A stretch of 39,178 bases of DNA from a virus: UHGV virus genome UHGV-0034768. One strand, given 5' to 3'. The notes beneath the pieces were generated by a model that was not told where the DNA came from, made no database searches, and saw only the letters and a list, made by a program, of their open reading frames with translations. This document shows, in pieces, positions 37,778 to 39,178 of this stretch. The stretch's first letter is position 1. Every line of letters begins with the position of its first letter. A program made the position numbers and the translations under genes.

Positions 37778-38229
37778 TGGCCCAATGGTCTGCAAAACGG
37801 GGGCACTCTGTGGGTGCCTACCGCTCTGGACTTGAAGCCAAGAACCAGCAGTGGCTGGAACAGAACGGCGTCAAAGCGGAGTACGAAAGCCATTATATCA
37901 ACTATGTGATTCCGGCTTCCGACCACAAGTACACACCAGACTTTATACTTCCTAACGGTATCATCGTGGAGACCAAAGGTATCTTCGATAGTGATGACCG
38001 TAAGAAGCACCTTCTGGTACGAGAACAGCACCCAGAGTTAGACATCCGGTTCGTGTTCTCAAGTTCCCGCTCCAAGTTATACAAAGGGTCTCCGACCACG
38101 TATGGCTCATGGTGCGAAAAGAACGGCTTTAAGTTTGCAGATAAGTTTATCCCGGTTGAGTGGCTGAAAGAGGTGACTATACGTCTGCCTTCAGGCATAC
38201 TCATTCCCAAGAAGAAAGGAGTTAAGTGA
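37777..38229 (+). CDS. gp3: endonuclease I, Holliday junction resolvase (T7 gp3-like)
   Basis: 150 aa; YVIPAS.H.YTPDF.LPNGI.VETKG....DDRKKHLL.REQHPELDIR.VFSSSR.KLYKGSPT.YG matches T7 endonuclease I. Confidence 0.95.
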   Translation: MAQWSAKRGHSVGAYRSGLEAKNQQWLEQNGVKAEYESHYINYVIPASDHKYTPDFILPNGIIVETKGIFDSDDRKKHLLVREQHPELDIRFVFSSSRSKLYKGSPTTYGSWCEKNGFKFADKFIPVEWLKEVTIRLPSGILIPKKKGVK

Positions 38230-38720
38230 TGAGCAAGAAGTTTAAACTGTTAGTAGATGCGTATGGCTGGCCTAGTGGGACTATAGTTACCAAGTGTGAG
38301 AAGGACCCAGCACCAGATTCAAGAATGACCCTAGTTGAGTGTCAGACTCCTGGAGCATACAAACATGGGTCTAACGGCTACAATACTCAGCCTGAGGGTA
38401 TGTGGGGAGCATGGGTCCTTAATCACAAACTTCAGGAAATCAAGCAAGAAGAGAAACTCACTGGTGCACAGACCACTCAGGTCCTACCAGCTTCTAGCGT
38501 ACCTCCTGTGACAGTGAAACGCGAAGTCCTGACAATCGACAAGATTGGTGTAGGCCAGACGTTCATCGTCCATGGAAAGCCTGAAGAAGTTTACGTGAAG
38601 ATTAGCAACTCACACGTCTTCAACCATAAGCTGCTTCAGATGCACACTACGGACGCACAACGCTTCACCCAGCACCTGAATCTAGTGGTCGTAGAATTGG
38701 TGGTGTACAATGGTAAGTAA
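38226..38720 (+). CDS. hypothetical protein (164 aa) inserted between endonuclease I and lysozyme
   Basis: ORF overlapping both neighbours by a few nt (operon-embedded); no counterpart in T7 where genes 3 and 3.5 abut; function unknown. Confidence 0.65.
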   Translation: MMSKKFKLLVDAYGWPSGTIVTKCEKDPAPDSRMTLVECQTPGAYKHGSNGYNTQPEGMWGAWVLNHKLQEIKQEEKLTGAQTTQVLPASSVPPVTVKREVLTIDKIGVGQTFIVHGKPEEVYVKISNSHVFNHKLLQMHTTDAQRFTQHLNLVVVELVVYNGK

Positions 38721-39168
38721 GGTACAGTTCAACCCACGGTCCAGGACTGACGCTATCTTCGTTCACTGTTCGGCTACCAAGCCAGATATGGACATCGGGG
38801 TAGAGACCATCCGTATGTGGCACAAGCAGCAAGGCTGGCTGGACGTAGGCTATCACTTTATCATCAAACGTGATGGTACTGTGGAAGAGGGTCGCCCGGT
38901 CAATGTAGTAGGGTCACACGTTAAGGACTGGAACTCCAAGTCCGTAGGCGTCTGCCTTGTAGGTGGAATCAACGCTAAGGGTCAGTTTGAAGCTAACTTC
39001 ACTCCAGCCCAGATGAACTCCCTGCGCAACAAGCTGGCTGACCTGAAGGTCCTGTATCCTCAGGCAGAAATCAAAGCACACCATGACGTAGCACCGAAGG
39101 CGTGTCCAAGTTTTGACTTGCAACGTTGGCTATCTACCAACGAACTGGTCACTTCCGACCGTGGTTAA
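38710..39168 (+). CDS. gp3.5: lysozyme, N-acetylmuramoyl-L-alanine amidase (T7 gp3.5-like; the T7 protein also inhibits its RNAP)
   Basis: 152 aa; TDAIFVHCSATKP, WLDVGYHFIIKRDGTVE.GR, SIGVCLVGGI, ANFTPAQM.SLR, AHH.VAPKACPSFDL.RW...NELVTSDRG nearly identical to T7 lysozyme. Confidence 0.97.
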   Translation: MVSKVQFNPRSRTDAIFVHCSATKPDMDIGVETIRMWHKQQGWLDVGYHFIIKRDGTVEEGRPVNVVGSHVKDWNSKSVGVCLVGGINAKGQFEANFTPAQMNSLRNKLADLKVLYPQAEIKAHHDVAPKACPSFDLQRWLSTNELVTSDRG

Positions 39169-39178
39169 TAAACTCTAA

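Overview
This window is an essentially complete genome of a T7-like lytic podophage (Autographiviridae, T7-type gene order), circularly permuted. It opens just upstream of the primase-helicase gene and closes with the lysozyme/amidase gene. The physical genome ends (terminal-repeat-like sequence flanked by arrays of CCTACAGT short repeats) lie at about 28.5-28.9 kb, followed by host-type early promoters, ocr and the single-subunit RNA polymerase. All supported genes are on the + strand. Recognised by similarity to T7 proteins recalled from memory: RNAP, ligase, gp1.1/1.2/1.6/1.7, gp2, SSB, endonuclease I, lysozyme, primase-helicase, DNA polymerase, gp5.5/5.7, exonuclease, portal, scaffold, capsid 10A/10B with a -1 frameshift site, tail tube A/B, internal core proteins, tail fibre, holin, terminase small and large subunits, Rz/Rz1. 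Twelve phage-promoter copies share the core ACTAAACTATCACTATAGG, which differs from T7 at positions -12 to -9. The main leads are insertions relative to the T7 backbone: a 261-aa ORF between Rz and terminase, a DUF3850/ASCH-like ORF between the tail tube genes, a 164-aa ORF between endonuclease I and lysozyme, unknown ORFs after the RNAP gene and before ocr, an early region without a gp0.7 kinase, and a tail fibre whose C-terminal two-thirds is AT-rich and beta-helix/depolymerase-like. No tRNA, CRISPR or integrase was seen. Nothing was computed or searched; all homology and composition statements are by eye.
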